Shown here piece after piece: positions 1-11,225 of a DNA stretch of 64,000 nucleotides (position 1 is its first letter; the number at the start of each line of letters is the position of its first letter). Below the pieces are notes generated by a model. It ran no database searches and had not been told where the DNA came from. It saw nothing but the letters and a program-made list of their open reading frames with translations. Location: NCBI GenBank assembly GCA_963849935.1, contig CAWKJQ010000004.1:5972-69971 (forward strand), given 5' to 3'. A program made the position numbers and the translations under genes. This DNA comes from an uncultured Actinomycetota bacterium (GTDB taxonomy: Bacteria; Actinomycetota; Actinomycetes; Mycobacteriales; Mycobacteriaceae).

Positions 1-746
1 TGCCCGGCGCGTTCGGGCGCATGGGCGACCAGACCGGCGCGGCGCTGTCGCGCAGCGGCAGGCAGGTGGCGTCGGTGGTGACGCTGCACCGCGGCGCCCC
101 GGACATGGCCGCGTCCTTATGGATCGGTGATCTCGGCCAGGAGGCGGTGCAGTCCGCCGACGGGCACAGCCTGTCGCGGCCCACCTGGTCGCTGGACGAC
201 GTGGTCTGGGTGGTGGTCGACGGCAACAACGTGTTGCGGGCGATTCAGGAGCCGGCCTCCGGGCAGCCCGCGCGCCTTCCGGTGGATTCGGTGGCGGTGG
301 CCACCCGGTACCCGGGACCGATCACCGACCTGCAGCTGTCCCGCGACAGCACCCGCGCCGCGATGGTGATCGGCGGCCAGGTGATCCTCGCCAGCGTCGA
401 GCAGACGCAGGCCGGACAGTACGCCCTGACCTTCCCGCGCCGGCTCGGTTTCGGGTTGGGCAATTCGGTGGTGTCGCTGTCGTGGCGCACCGGTGACGAC
501 ATCGTGGTGACCCGGACCGACGCCAGCCATCCGGTGTCCTACGTGAACATCGACGGGGTGAACTCCGACGCGCCGCCGCACGGCCTGCAGATGCCGGTGA
601 CGACGGTGGTCGCCAACCCGTCGACGGCCTACGTCGCGGGTCCGCAAGGGGTGCTGCAGTATTCGCCGTCGGCCGACGGTCAGCAGGGCTGGTCGGACGT
701 GCCCGGGCTGACGGTGCCCGGGGCGGCCCCGGTGCTGCCGGGCTAG
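1..746 (+). CDS. lpqB: MtrAB-system lipoprotein LpqB, C-terminal part (5' truncated by window)
   Basis: Frame is open from the window start; beta-propeller-like C-terminus ending PVLPG; lies directly upstream of comF-hpf-secA1 as in mycobacteria. Confidence 0.9.
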   Translation, partial: PGAFGRMGDQTGAALSRSGRQVASVVTLHRGAPDMAASLWIGDLGQEAVQSADGHSLSRPTWSLDDVVWVVVDGNNVLRAIQEPASGQPARLPVDSVAVATRYPGPITDLQLSRDSTRAAMVIGGQVILASVEQTQAGQYALTFPRRLGFGLGNSVVSLSWRTGDDIVVTRTDASHPVSYVNIDGVNSDAPPHGLQMPVTTVVANPSTAYVAGPQGVLQYSPSADGQQGWSDVPGLTVPGAAPVLPG

Positions 747-808
747 CTGCCGCCTGGTAGCAGATGCGGCGGACCGCACCTGTCGCACCCCGCCGGCACA
801 CTGGCGCC

Positions 809-1441
809 ATGCTCGACCTGTTCCTGCCGGCCGAATGCGGCGGCTGTGGGGCGCCGTCGGCCCGCTGGTGCGACGCGTGCGCCGCCGAGCTGTCGGTGGC
901 CGCCGATCAGCCGCACGTGGTGAACCCGCGCATCGACCCGGAGGTGCCGGTGTTCGCGCTCGGCCGCTACGCCAACGCGCGCCGGCACGCGATCCTGGCG
1001 CTCAAGGAGCGGGGCCGCGCCGATCTCGTCGAACCGCTGGCGCGAGCCCTGGCCGTCGGCGTGCACCGGCTGCTGTCGTGGGGGATCGTGCCGACCCCGC
1101 TGACCGTCGTGCCCGCCCCGACCCGGCGTTCGGCCGCGCGCCGGCGCGGCGGTGACCCCGTCGCCCGGCTGGCGCGCGCCGCGGTGGCGCGGCATCCGGA
1201 CATCACCGTCGCCCCGGCATTGCGGCTCAAGGCGATGACGCGCGACTCGGTGGGCCTGGGCACCACCGCGCGCGAGCGCAACATCGCCGGCCGGGTGGTG
1301 CTGCGCGGTGCACCGCCGCGCACCGAAGTCATGGTCGTCGACGACATCGTCACCACCGGCGCGACGGCGCGCGAGTCGGTGCGGATCCTGCAGGCCGCGG
1401 GGGTTCGGGTCGCCGCGGTGCTGGCGATCGCCGCGGTCTGA
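809..1441 (+). CDS. comF: ComF-family phosphoribosyltransferase-like protein (Rv3242c-like)
   Basis: N-terminal CxxC...CxxC zinc finger (CGGC, CDAC) and PRT motif VVDDIVTTGAT; ATG 809 lies 6 nt after CACACT (likely leaderless). Confidence 0.9.
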   Translation: MLDLFLPAECGGCGAPSARWCDACAAELSVAADQPHVVNPRIDPEVPVFALGRYANARRHAILALKERGRADLVEPLARALAVGVHRLLSWGIVPTPLTVVPAPTRRSAARRRGGDPVARLARAAVARHPDITVAPALRLKAMTRDSVGLGTTARERNIAGRVVLRGAPPRTEVMVVDDIVTTGATARESVRILQAAGVRVAAVLAIAAV

Positions 1442-1603
1442 TTCGGCCGCGGCTGAGCCCAACCGATGAGCCGGCCAAGAGGTTGTGAAGAACACGCAAC
1501 AGCTCGACCAAATCGGTGGCATCGGCAGGCGAACACGAGCTAACGTCGAGAACAACGAAGAACGACTCATCGGTCTGACTCACTGGTCGCGATTTTCCAG
1601 GTG

Positions 1604-1657
1604 AGGCCCATCCGGGGAAGGGGTGAGTAATCGACACCTTGCACCGGCGGGCAGCCT
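1604..1657 (+). promoter_or_regulatory. Hairpin in long hpf 5' leader (raiA-hairpin-like candidate)
   Basis: Nested pairings GCCC/GGGC, CCGG/CCGG and GGGGTG/CACCTT; possible -10 TAACGT at 1541-1546. Confidence 0.4.
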
Positions 1658-1759
1658 GCGGCGGTAGCCAGTCTCGAACCGCTCCCACCTCGTCGGCGCA
1701 TTAGAGCAGCCGGGCACGCAGGGCGCGTGTGACGTGAAAAGAGAAACGAGTTGTCACGT

Positions 1760-2443
1760 ATGTCAAGGCTATCCGTGGATTCCGGTCAGATTCTGGACGA
1801 ACCGCCCATCACCGACGATCAAGCCCCACCGACAACCACCGCCGATGTTGTGTTCAAGGGCCGCAACGTAGAAATCCCCGATCATTACCGTCTGTACGTC
1901 TCGCAAAAACTCGCCCGCCTCGAGCGGTTCGATCGCTCCATCTACCTTTTCGATGTCGAGCTCAAGCACGCACCCAACCGGCGTCAACGCAAGTCCTGTC
2001 AGCGCGTGGAGATCACCGCCCGCGGCCGGGGCCCGGTGACCCGGGCGGAGGCCTGCGCCAACAGCTTCTACGCCGCGTTCGAGTCGGCGGTCGACAAGCT
2101 GGAGAACCGGCTGCGCCGCGTCAAGGACCGTCGCAAGGTTCACTACGGGGACAAGACCCCGGTGTCGCTGGCCGCCGCCACCGCGGTACCGCCACCCGCC
2201 CCGGCGGACAACGCGCCGCAGCCGCCGCCGGCCGAGCACGACGGCGTGGACCTCAACCATGAGCCCGGGCGGATCGTGCGGACCAAGGAGCACCCGGCCA
2301 CGCCCATGACTGTCGACGACGCCCTCTACGAGATGGAGCTCGTCGGACACGACTTCTTCTTGTTCCACGACAAGCAGACCGAACGGCCCAGCGTGGTCTA
2401 CCGACGGCACGCCTACGACTACGGGCTGATCCGACTGGGCTGA
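1760..2443 (+). CDS. hpf: Ribosome hibernation promoting factor (long HPF/Mpy, Rv3241c-like)
   Basis: S30AE domain (KGRNVEIPDHYR...ESAVDKLENRLRR) plus C-terminal MTVDDALYEMELVGHDFFLF...YGLI. Confidence 0.95.
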   Translation: MSRLSVDSGQILDEPPITDDQAPPTTTADVVFKGRNVEIPDHYRLYVSQKLARLERFDRSIYLFDVELKHAPNRRQRKSCQRVEITARGRGPVTRAEACANSFYAAFESAVDKLENRLRRVKDRRKVHYGDKTPVSLAAATAVPPPAPADNAPQPPPAEHDGVDLNHEPGRIVRTKEHPATPMTVDDALYEMELVGHDFFLFHDKQTERPSVVYRRHAYDYGLIRLG

Positions 2444-2536
2444 TCAGGCTCTTCTGAGGTTCGACGGCCATTGGGGGGTCGTCGCCTACCATGGGAGTCG
2501 CTCAAGAGAAGACTCCTACCAACAGGGGACATTGCT

Positions 2537-5377
<2,841 letters not shown>

Positions 5378-5403
5378 CCCGGCAGGCCCGCCCTACTCGC
5401 TCT

Positions 5404-5467
5404 GCGCCGAGTGTGAAGTTACCTTCACGTTCGACGGCGAGCGTGCGGCTACCTTCACACTCGGCGC
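5404..5467. repeat. Mycobacterial REP-like intergenic palindrome, possible terminator after secA1
   Basis: Perfect 15-bp inverted repeat GCGCCGAGTGTGAAG (5404-5418) / CTTCACACTCGGCGC (5453-5467); internal direct repeat TACCTTCAC. Confidence 0.75.
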
Positions 5468-5483
5468 CGACGCGGCACGCGAT

Positions 5484-5529
5484 TTGAGGCATCCGCCTCA
5501 TGCGCCGCGGCGGTGGTCGCGCGGACCAT
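5484..5529 (+). promoter_or_regulatory. Putative operator TGAGGC-N4-GCCTCAT plus -10 (GACCAT) of leaderless gene at 5536
   Basis: Palindrome at 5485-5500; same motif and same spacing to ATG at 7866-7918. Confidence 0.65.
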
Positions 5530-5535
5530 TCGTGC

Positions 5536-6282
5536 ATGACCAGTTTGCGCACCCCGCTGGACGCCGCCACCGCCGTGCTGCAGCACCCCGTCCTGCCCGC
5601 CGGAAGTGACGAGCGATTCGTCGGCTTCGGCGTCATGGGCTTGCCGTTCGCGAGTGGAAACTATCTGGCGCTGCGGCAATTTCCGGCGACGTCCTTCTCT
5701 CCCGGTTATCGGTCGGTGTGGCATCGCGACCCCGACGGTGTCTGGACGTTCTACGCGACGACGCCGGGACCGCAAAGCTGCGCCCGTTTCTTCAGCGCCG
5801 CCACCCCGCACGACGCGGTCCAGTGCGACATCGACGTCGCCTGGGTCACCCCGTGGTCACTGTTCGTCGCGATCCCGAATCTGCTCGCCTGGCAGATCGA
5901 TATCCACGCCACGGCATCGACGCGGCTGCTGAGCGCGGTCGGCGGACGGTTGCCGGCGTGGGCGTGGACCAACCGGGCGGCACTGGCCGCTCTCGGCCGG
6001 GTCGCCGGCCCGACCCTGCGCGCCGGGCGCGTCCGGTTATCCGGAATAGCGCCGAACGGGCAACGATTCATGATCGCGCCCACGCAGGTGTGGGCGGTGA
6101 CCCATTCGCGTGCGGTGCTGCGTGATGTGGACCTGGGACCGGTGGGGCCGCTGCACCGGCAGGCGAGGCTGGGCGGCTTCCGGCCCCCACAACGCGGCGT
6201 GTTCGCGGTGGGCTCCGGGCATTTCGAGACGTTCGACGCGGCGCGGCATCAGGCGGTGCGGCGCACTATCCCAATCGGGTGA
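5536..6282 (+). CDS. Conserved hypothetical protein
   Basis: 248-aa ORF with GC3-rich codon usage; no recognised catalytic motif. Confidence 0.75.
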   Translation: MTSLRTPLDAATAVLQHPVLPAGSDERFVGFGVMGLPFASGNYLALRQFPATSFSPGYRSVWHRDPDGVWTFYATTPGPQSCARFFSAATPHDAVQCDIDVAWVTPWSLFVAIPNLLAWQIDIHATASTRLLSAVGGRLPAWAWTNRAALAALGRVAGPTLRAGRVRLSGIAPNGQRFMIAPTQVWAVTHSRAVLRDVDLGPVGPLHRQARLGGFRPPQRGVFAVGSGHFETFDAARHQAVRRTIPIG

Positions 6283-6306
6283 CCGGACGGCGATCGGCTG
6301 GGCACA

Positions 6307-7866
6307 ATGAGCCTCATGTCGGAGCCCGGATCACCGACTCGCGCGGAGTTGCTGGCGGCACTGTCGGTGGCGATCGACCTGGGCCTCGGCCAGCCCGCCG
6401 AGCACATGCTCCGGGCGGCGCTGATCGCGACCAGGCTGGCCGACCGGCTCGGGCTGGACCGCAACCAGCGCGACTGCACCTACTACACGACCCTGATCAT
6501 GTGGATCGGCTGCCACGCGGACTCCCACGAATACGCGCGGTGGTTCGGTGACGACATCGCCGTGCGCCATGACTCGTATCTGGTCGACTGGTCCGGGATT
6601 CCCTACCTGCGCTTCCTGGCGAGCAACGTGGGCCGCGGCCAGCCGTTGGGCCATCGGCTGAGCGTGATGGCAACGCTGTTCGCCAACGCGCGCGGCCACA
6701 TCTCCCGGTTGATCCACTCGCACTGCGCATCAGCGGCCCTGCTGGCCGACCGAATCGGCTTGGGCCCCCACGTGCAGGCCGCGCTCGCGTTCGCGTTCGA
6801 ACGCTACGACGGCGGCGGGCTGCCCACCGGCGCCCGGGGCGACGACATCCCGATCCAGATGCGCATCGCCCAGCTCGCCGACATGGTCGAGGTGCACCAC
6901 CGCACCTACGGCGTCGCCGGCGCCCTCGCCATGGTGAGCGCCCGACGCGGCGGCCAGTTCGATCCCCGGGTGGCCGACGCGTTCCTGCGCGACGCTGACG
7001 CCATCCTGGCCGGCCCGCCGGCCGGCGATACGTGGGCGGCGGCGTTGCGCGAGGCACCCGATCGCCATCAGCGGCTCGACGACCAGTCGCTGGACGCGTT
7101 GCTCGTTGCGCTGGGCGACTTCGTCGACCTGAAATGTCCCTTCACGCTTGGACATTCGCGCGCGGTGGCCAGGCTCGCCGGCGAGGCGGCGCTGGCCGCC
7201 GGGATCGACGCCGACGCGGTCGCACTCACCCGGCGCGCGGGCCACGTCCACGATCTGGGCCGCATCGGTGTGTCGAATCAGATTTGGTCGCGGCAAGGAC
7301 CGTTGAGCGCATCGGAGTTCGAGCGGGTTCGGCTGCATCCCTATCTGACCGTACGCATCCTCAACCAGGTTCCCGGCCTCGCGCGGCTGGCGGAGGTCGC
7401 CGGCAATCACCACGAATGCCTGGACGGGTCGGGATATCCGCGCGGTCTGGCCGGAGCCGCGCTGAGCCTGCCGGACCGCATCCTGGCGGCCGCCGTCTGT
7501 TACCAGTCCGCCTGCGAGCCAAGGCCGTATCGCGAACCGCTGTCACCGGATGCGGCTGCCCACCGGCTGCGCGGGCGAGCGCGGGCCGGTGAGCTCGAAT
7601 CGGCCGCCGTCGAAGCGGTGCTGCATGCGGCCGGCCAGCCCGCACAACGGCCGGCCCTGCGGCCGGACGGGCTGACCCGCCGGGAGATCGAGGTGCTGGG
7701 CCTGGTCGCCCGCGGCGCGTCCAATAAGGAGATCGCGGCCTCGCTGGTGATCAGCGAGAAAACCGCCCGCAACCATGTCGAGCGAACGTACGCCAAGATC
7801 GGCGTCTCGAACCGCATCGGCGCCAGCATGTATGCCCTGCAACACGGGCTGGTGCACCCGAGATGA
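6307..7866 (+). CDS. Tandem HD / HD-GYP domain protein with C-terminal LuxR HTH
   Basis: N-terminal degenerate HD (GCHAD...[10 protein letters not shown]); second HD-GYP ([20 protein letters not shown]); LuxR HTH (LTRREIEVL...SNKEIA...[10 protein letters not shown]); true start may be ATG 6316 after CACAAT. Confidence 0.9.
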   Translation: MSLMSEPGSPTRAELLAALSVAIDLGLGQPAEHMLRAALIATRLADRLGLDRNQRDCTYYTTLIMWIGCHADSHEYARWFGDDIAVRHDSYLVDWSGIPYLRFLASNVGRGQPLGHRLSVMATLFANARGHISRLIHSHCASAALLADRIGLGPHVQAALAFAFERYDGGGLPTGARGDDIPIQMRIAQLADMVEVHHRTYGVAGALAMVSARRGGQFDPRVADAFLRDADAILAGPPAGDTWAAALREAPDRHQRLDDQSLDALLVALGDFVDLKCPFTLGHSRAVARLAGEAALAAGIDADAVALTRRAGHVHDLGRIGVSNQIWSRQGPLSASEFERVRLHPYLTVRILNQVPGLARLAEVAGNHHECLDGSGYPRGLAGAALSLPDRILAAAVCYQSACEPRPYREPLSPDAAAHRLRGRARAGELESAAVEAVLHAAGQPAQRPALRPDGLTRREIEVLGLVARGASNKEIAASLVISEKTARNHVERTYAKIGVSNRIGASMYALQHGLVHPR

Positions 7867-7911
7867 TGAGGCAATCGCCCCATGTTCATCACGGCCGATC
7901 AGGCGCACAAT
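7866..7911 (+). promoter_or_regulatory. Putative operator ATGAGGC-N4-GCCCCAT plus -10 (CACAAT) of mddA
   Basis: Near-perfect palindrome 7866-7883; CACAAT at 7906-7911 lies 6 nt before ATG 7918. Confidence 0.65.
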
Positions 7912-7917
7912 CAGCCA

Positions 7918-8682
7918 ATGAAGCGTTACCTGACGGTTGGCTACGGCGCGGCCGCTTATCTGCTCTTCCTTGCCGTATTTCTGTATCTAGTCGCGTTCCT
8001 GGGCAACTTCTGGGTGCCGCGAACGGTCGACCACGGGCTCTCGGCGCCAATCGGCCAGGCGGTGTTGGTCAACATGGTGCTGCTCGGTCTGTTCGGCCTC
8101 CAGCACAGCGTCATGGCACGGCCGGGGTTCAAGGCGCGGTGGACGCGGTTGGTGCCGCCGTCGATAGAGCGCAGCACCTACGTGATGCTGTCCAACGTCG
8201 TGCTGGTGCTGCTCTACTGGCAATGGCGAACGATGCCGGCCGTCATCTGGGAGGTGGAACTACCGCTCGGGCGCCTGGCGTTGTGGACGTTGTTCTGGCT
8301 CGGCTGGGCGATCGCCCTGGCGTCGACGTTCATGATCAACCATTTCGACCTGTTCGGGCTCCGGCAGGTGTATTTGGCTTGGCACGCAAAGCCTTACACC
8401 GACCTTGATTTTCGCGTTCGGTTCTTTTACCGACTGGTGCGCCACCCGCTCATGTTCGGTTTCCTGATCGCCTTCTGGGCGGTGCCCACCATGACGGCCG
8501 GGCATCTGCTCTTCTCGATCGCGATGACGGGTTACATCCTGATCGCCACGCACTTCGAAGAGCGCGACCTGGTGGCCGCGCTGGGCGATGACTATCGCAA
8601 CTACCGCCGCGAGGTGCCGGCGCTGCTGCCGCTGGGACGCCGGCCCCGCCGAGGCCCCGGCGAACCGGCAGAGCTGCATTAG
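7918..8682 (+). CDS. mddA: Methanethiol S-methyltransferase MddA (ICMT-like membrane methyltransferase, Rv3238c-like)
   Basis: Motifs QHSVMARPGFK, IERSTYV, NHFDLFGLRQV, YRLVRHP, FEERDL; multiple TM helices; synteny. Confidence 0.85.
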   Translation: MKRYLTVGYGAAAYLLFLAVFLYLVAFLGNFWVPRTVDHGLSAPIGQAVLVNMVLLGLFGLQHSVMARPGFKARWTRLVPPSIERSTYVMLSNVVLVLLYWQWRTMPAVIWEVELPLGRLALWTLFWLGWAIALASTFMINHFDLFGLRQVYLAWHAKPYTDLDFRVRFFYRLVRHPLMFGFLIAFWAVPTMTAGHLLFSIAMTGYILIATHFEERDLVAALGDDYRNYRREVPALLPLGRRPRRGPGEPAELH

Positions 8683-8796
8683 GTTTCGGGCGCGCGAAGA
8701 TCCGCCGGCCGGCGCCTCGACGAATACGCTCGACGCTGACCACGTTTCCTTCCATCCGCGTACCGCGGCGCCCGGCGACCTGTCAGGATTGACGGT

Positions 8797-9279
8797 ATGG
8801 ACGTCAAGGAGGTGCTGCTTCCCGGGGTCGGTCTTCGCTACGAATTCACCGATCGCAACGGCGACCGCATCGGCATCATCGCCCGGCGCAGCGGCGATTT
8901 CGACGTCGTCGTCTATGCCCGCGAAGATCCGGATCAGGCCCGGCCGCTGCTTCACCTCAGCGACCAGGAGGCCGAAGCCGTGGCCCAGATCCTGGGCGCG
9001 CCGCGCATCGCCGAGCGGTTCACCGAGCTGGCCCGGGAAATCCCCGGACTCGAGACCGGCCAGGTGCACATCCTGGCCGGCAGCCCGTTCGTCGACCACC
9101 CGCTGGGAGACACCCGGGCGCGCACCCGTACCGGGGCGTCCATCGTGGCGATCGTGCGCAACGAGGAAGTGCTCGCCTCACCCGGGCCGGCCGAAATGCT
9201 GCACGTCCAAGACGTTCTGATCGTGATCGGCACCGAAGACGGAATCGCGGGCGTCGAGAAAATCATCGACAAAGGTTGA
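8797..9279 (+). CDS. Cation:proton antiporter regulatory subunit (KhtT/TrkA-C, Rv3237c-like)
   Basis: LPGVGLRYEF N-terminus and RCK-C domain (RTRTGASIVAIVR). Confidence 0.9.
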   Translation: MDVKEVLLPGVGLRYEFTDRNGDRIGIIARRSGDFDVVVYAREDPDQARPLLHLSDQEAEAVAQILGAPRIAERFTELAREIPGLETGQVHILAGSPFVDHPLGDTRARTRTGASIVAIVRNEEVLASPGPAEMLHVQDVLIVIGTEDGIAGVEKIIDKG

Positions 9280-9283
9280 GCGG

Positions 9284-10441
9284 GTGCAGATTTCGGGGAC
9301 GCTGCTGTTGCAACTCGGCGCCCTCCTGGCCACTCTTGCCGTATTGGGCGCCGCCGCACGCCGATTCGCGTTGTCGCCCATCCCCGTGTACCTGCTGGCC
9401 GGCCTGGCCCTGGGCAATGGCGGCATCCTCCCGCTAGCCACCGGGGGGCAGTTCATCACGACCAGCGCACCCATCGGCGTCGTGCTGCTGCTGCTGACCC
9501 TGGGCTGCGAGTTTTCGGCGGCCGAGTTCACCAGCAGCATGCGCCACCACCTGCCGTCCGCGGCCGTCGACATCGTCCTGAACGCCGCGCCCGGCGCGAT
9601 AGCCGGCTGGCTTCTGGGATTGGACGGCGTGGCCATCCTGTGCCTGGCGGGCGTCACCTACATCTCCTCATCGGGCGTCATCGCGCGGCTGCTGGAGGAC
9701 CTGCACCGGCTCGGCAACCGGGAGACGCCGGCCGTGCTGTCGGTGCTGGTGCTCGAAGATTTCGCGATGGCCGCCTACCTGCCGCTGTTCGCGGTCCTGG
9801 CATCCGGTGGCGGGTGGCTGCACGCCGTCGGGGGCATGGTGGTGGCGGTGGGCGCCCTGGTGGCCGCGTTCGCCGCGTCATACCGGTGGGGCCACCACGT
9901 GGACCGGCTGGTGGAACACCCCGACTCCGAACAGCTCATGCTGCGGATCCTGGGCATCACCCTGATCGTGGCGGCGATGGCCGAGTCCCTGCACGCCTCG
10001 GCCGCGGTGGGCGCCTTCCTGGTGGGCCTTACTTTGACCGGCGAGACGGCCGAGCGGGCCCGCCAGGTGCTGAGCCCGCTGCGCGATCTGTTCGCCGCCA
10101 TCTTCTTCCTGGCGATCGGCTACTCGGTGGACCCGCACGAGTTGGTTCCCATGCTTCCGGCGGCACTGATCCTGGCCGCGGTGACCGCTGCGACCAAGGT
10201 GGCTACCGGCATCTTCGCCGCGCGGCGCGACGGGGTGGCGCGGCGCGGGCAGCTGCGCGCGGGCACCGCGCTGATCGCGCGCGGCGAATTCTCGTTGATC
10301 ATCATCGGATTGGCCGGCAAGTCGCTGCCCGCCGTCGCGGCGCTGGCGACCTCCTACGTTTTCATCATGGCGATCGCCGGACCTGTGGTCGCCCGCTACA
10401 CCGGCGGCCCGCGGCCGGCCGGGCCCGCACTGGCGAACTGA
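9284..10441 (+). CDS. CPA2-family K+/H+ antiporter (KhtU/KefB-like, Rv3236c-like)
   Basis: Many TM segments; SSSGVIA, LVLEDF, RGEFSLII motifs. Confidence 0.92.
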   Translation: MQISGTLLLQLGALLATLAVLGAAARRFALSPIPVYLLAGLALGNGGILPLATGGQFITTSAPIGVVLLLLTLGCEFSAAEFTSSMRHHLPSAAVDIVLNAAPGAIAGWLLGLDGVAILCLAGVTYISSSGVIARLLEDLHRLGNRETPAVLSVLVLEDFAMAAYLPLFAVLASGGGWLHAVGGMVVAVGALVAAFAASYRWGHHVDRLVEHPDSEQLMLRILGITLIVAAMAESLHASAAVGAFLVGLTLTGETAERARQVLSPLRDLFAAIFFLAIGYSVDPHELVPMLPAALILAAVTAATKVATGIFAARRDGVARRGQLRAGTALIARGEFSLIIIGLAGKSLPAVAALATSYVFIMAIAGPVVARYTGGPRPAGPALAN

Positions 10442-10454
10442 CCGGTGGGCGCGG

Positions 10455-11024
10455 TCAGCCGATGTGCAGCGCCACCACCATCCACCGGGGTGCGCCCGCC
10501 GCGCTGACCAGCTCGACCCGGCAGGCGATGGCATGGACCCGGTCCCCGCGGCTGTAAGAGCCGAAGACCTCGGCCGCCGAATCCGGTTCTCGGTGACCGG
10601 CCGGCTGCAGCCGCACGCGGCGCAACACCGCGGCACCGCGCTTGCCGCCCGCGTGGCCCGCGGCCGAGCGGCCGACGGCGGCGACCGAATCCACCAGGCT
10701 CGGCGCCAGCAACGGATTCAACTGGGCGGCCGGCCGGCGCCGATCGATGACTTCCAGCACCCGGCGCAGCGCGGCGTCGGCGAAGGCGGCCGCCTGACGC
10801 AGCCGCGCGGACATGACCGCGGCCGAATCCGGCGTCGCCGCCCTGCCGGGCTGCCCGGTACAGGGCCGCGGCGGCGCGTGGCCGCTGCGGCGGCGCAACG
10901 GGGGCCGCGAGGGCTGCCGGCACTGCTGGACGGGGCGCGGCACTTCCTGCGTTGGCGGCTCGTAGTCGACGACTGGTATGACGGTGAAAGCGTCAGCTTG
11001 ATTCGCAACGGGGCTAGTGTTCAA
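10455..11024 (-). CDS. Rv3235-family protein
   Basis: VVDYEPP, LEVIDRRRP, AEVFGSYSRGDRVHAIACRVE...ALHIG; synteny. Confidence 0.85.
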   Translation of the reverse strand: MNTSPVANQADAFTVIPVVDYEPPTQEVPRPVQQCRQPSRPPLRRRSGHAPPRPCTGQPGRAATPDSAAVMSARLRQAAAFADAALRRVLEVIDRRRPAAQLNPLLAPSLVDSVAAVGRSAAGHAGGKRGAAVLRRVRLQPAGHREPDSAAEVFGSYSRGDRVHAIACRVELVSAAGAPRWMVVALHIG

Positions 11025-11225
11025 CGCGCACTCTCCAGTCTTCGGCCGGACCGCAAGCCTGCTGGAGAGGGGCAGACAGTGGTTGATCAGTGGTCATCAT
11101 GGCACAACTCGACCGCACGCGTACCCACGCTGCCTAGTGCATGGCCACCCGATTACCGTGGGCGAGACATCGGGCTCGAACGCACCCAACGCAAGGCGAC
11201 GAAGTGACCAGGAGGACAGCGCCGC

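Noticed and set aside
1442-1759. Full-length raiA motif ncRNA
   Set aside because: The conserved sequence blocks I recall for that large RNA are not visible; only a hairpin is supported
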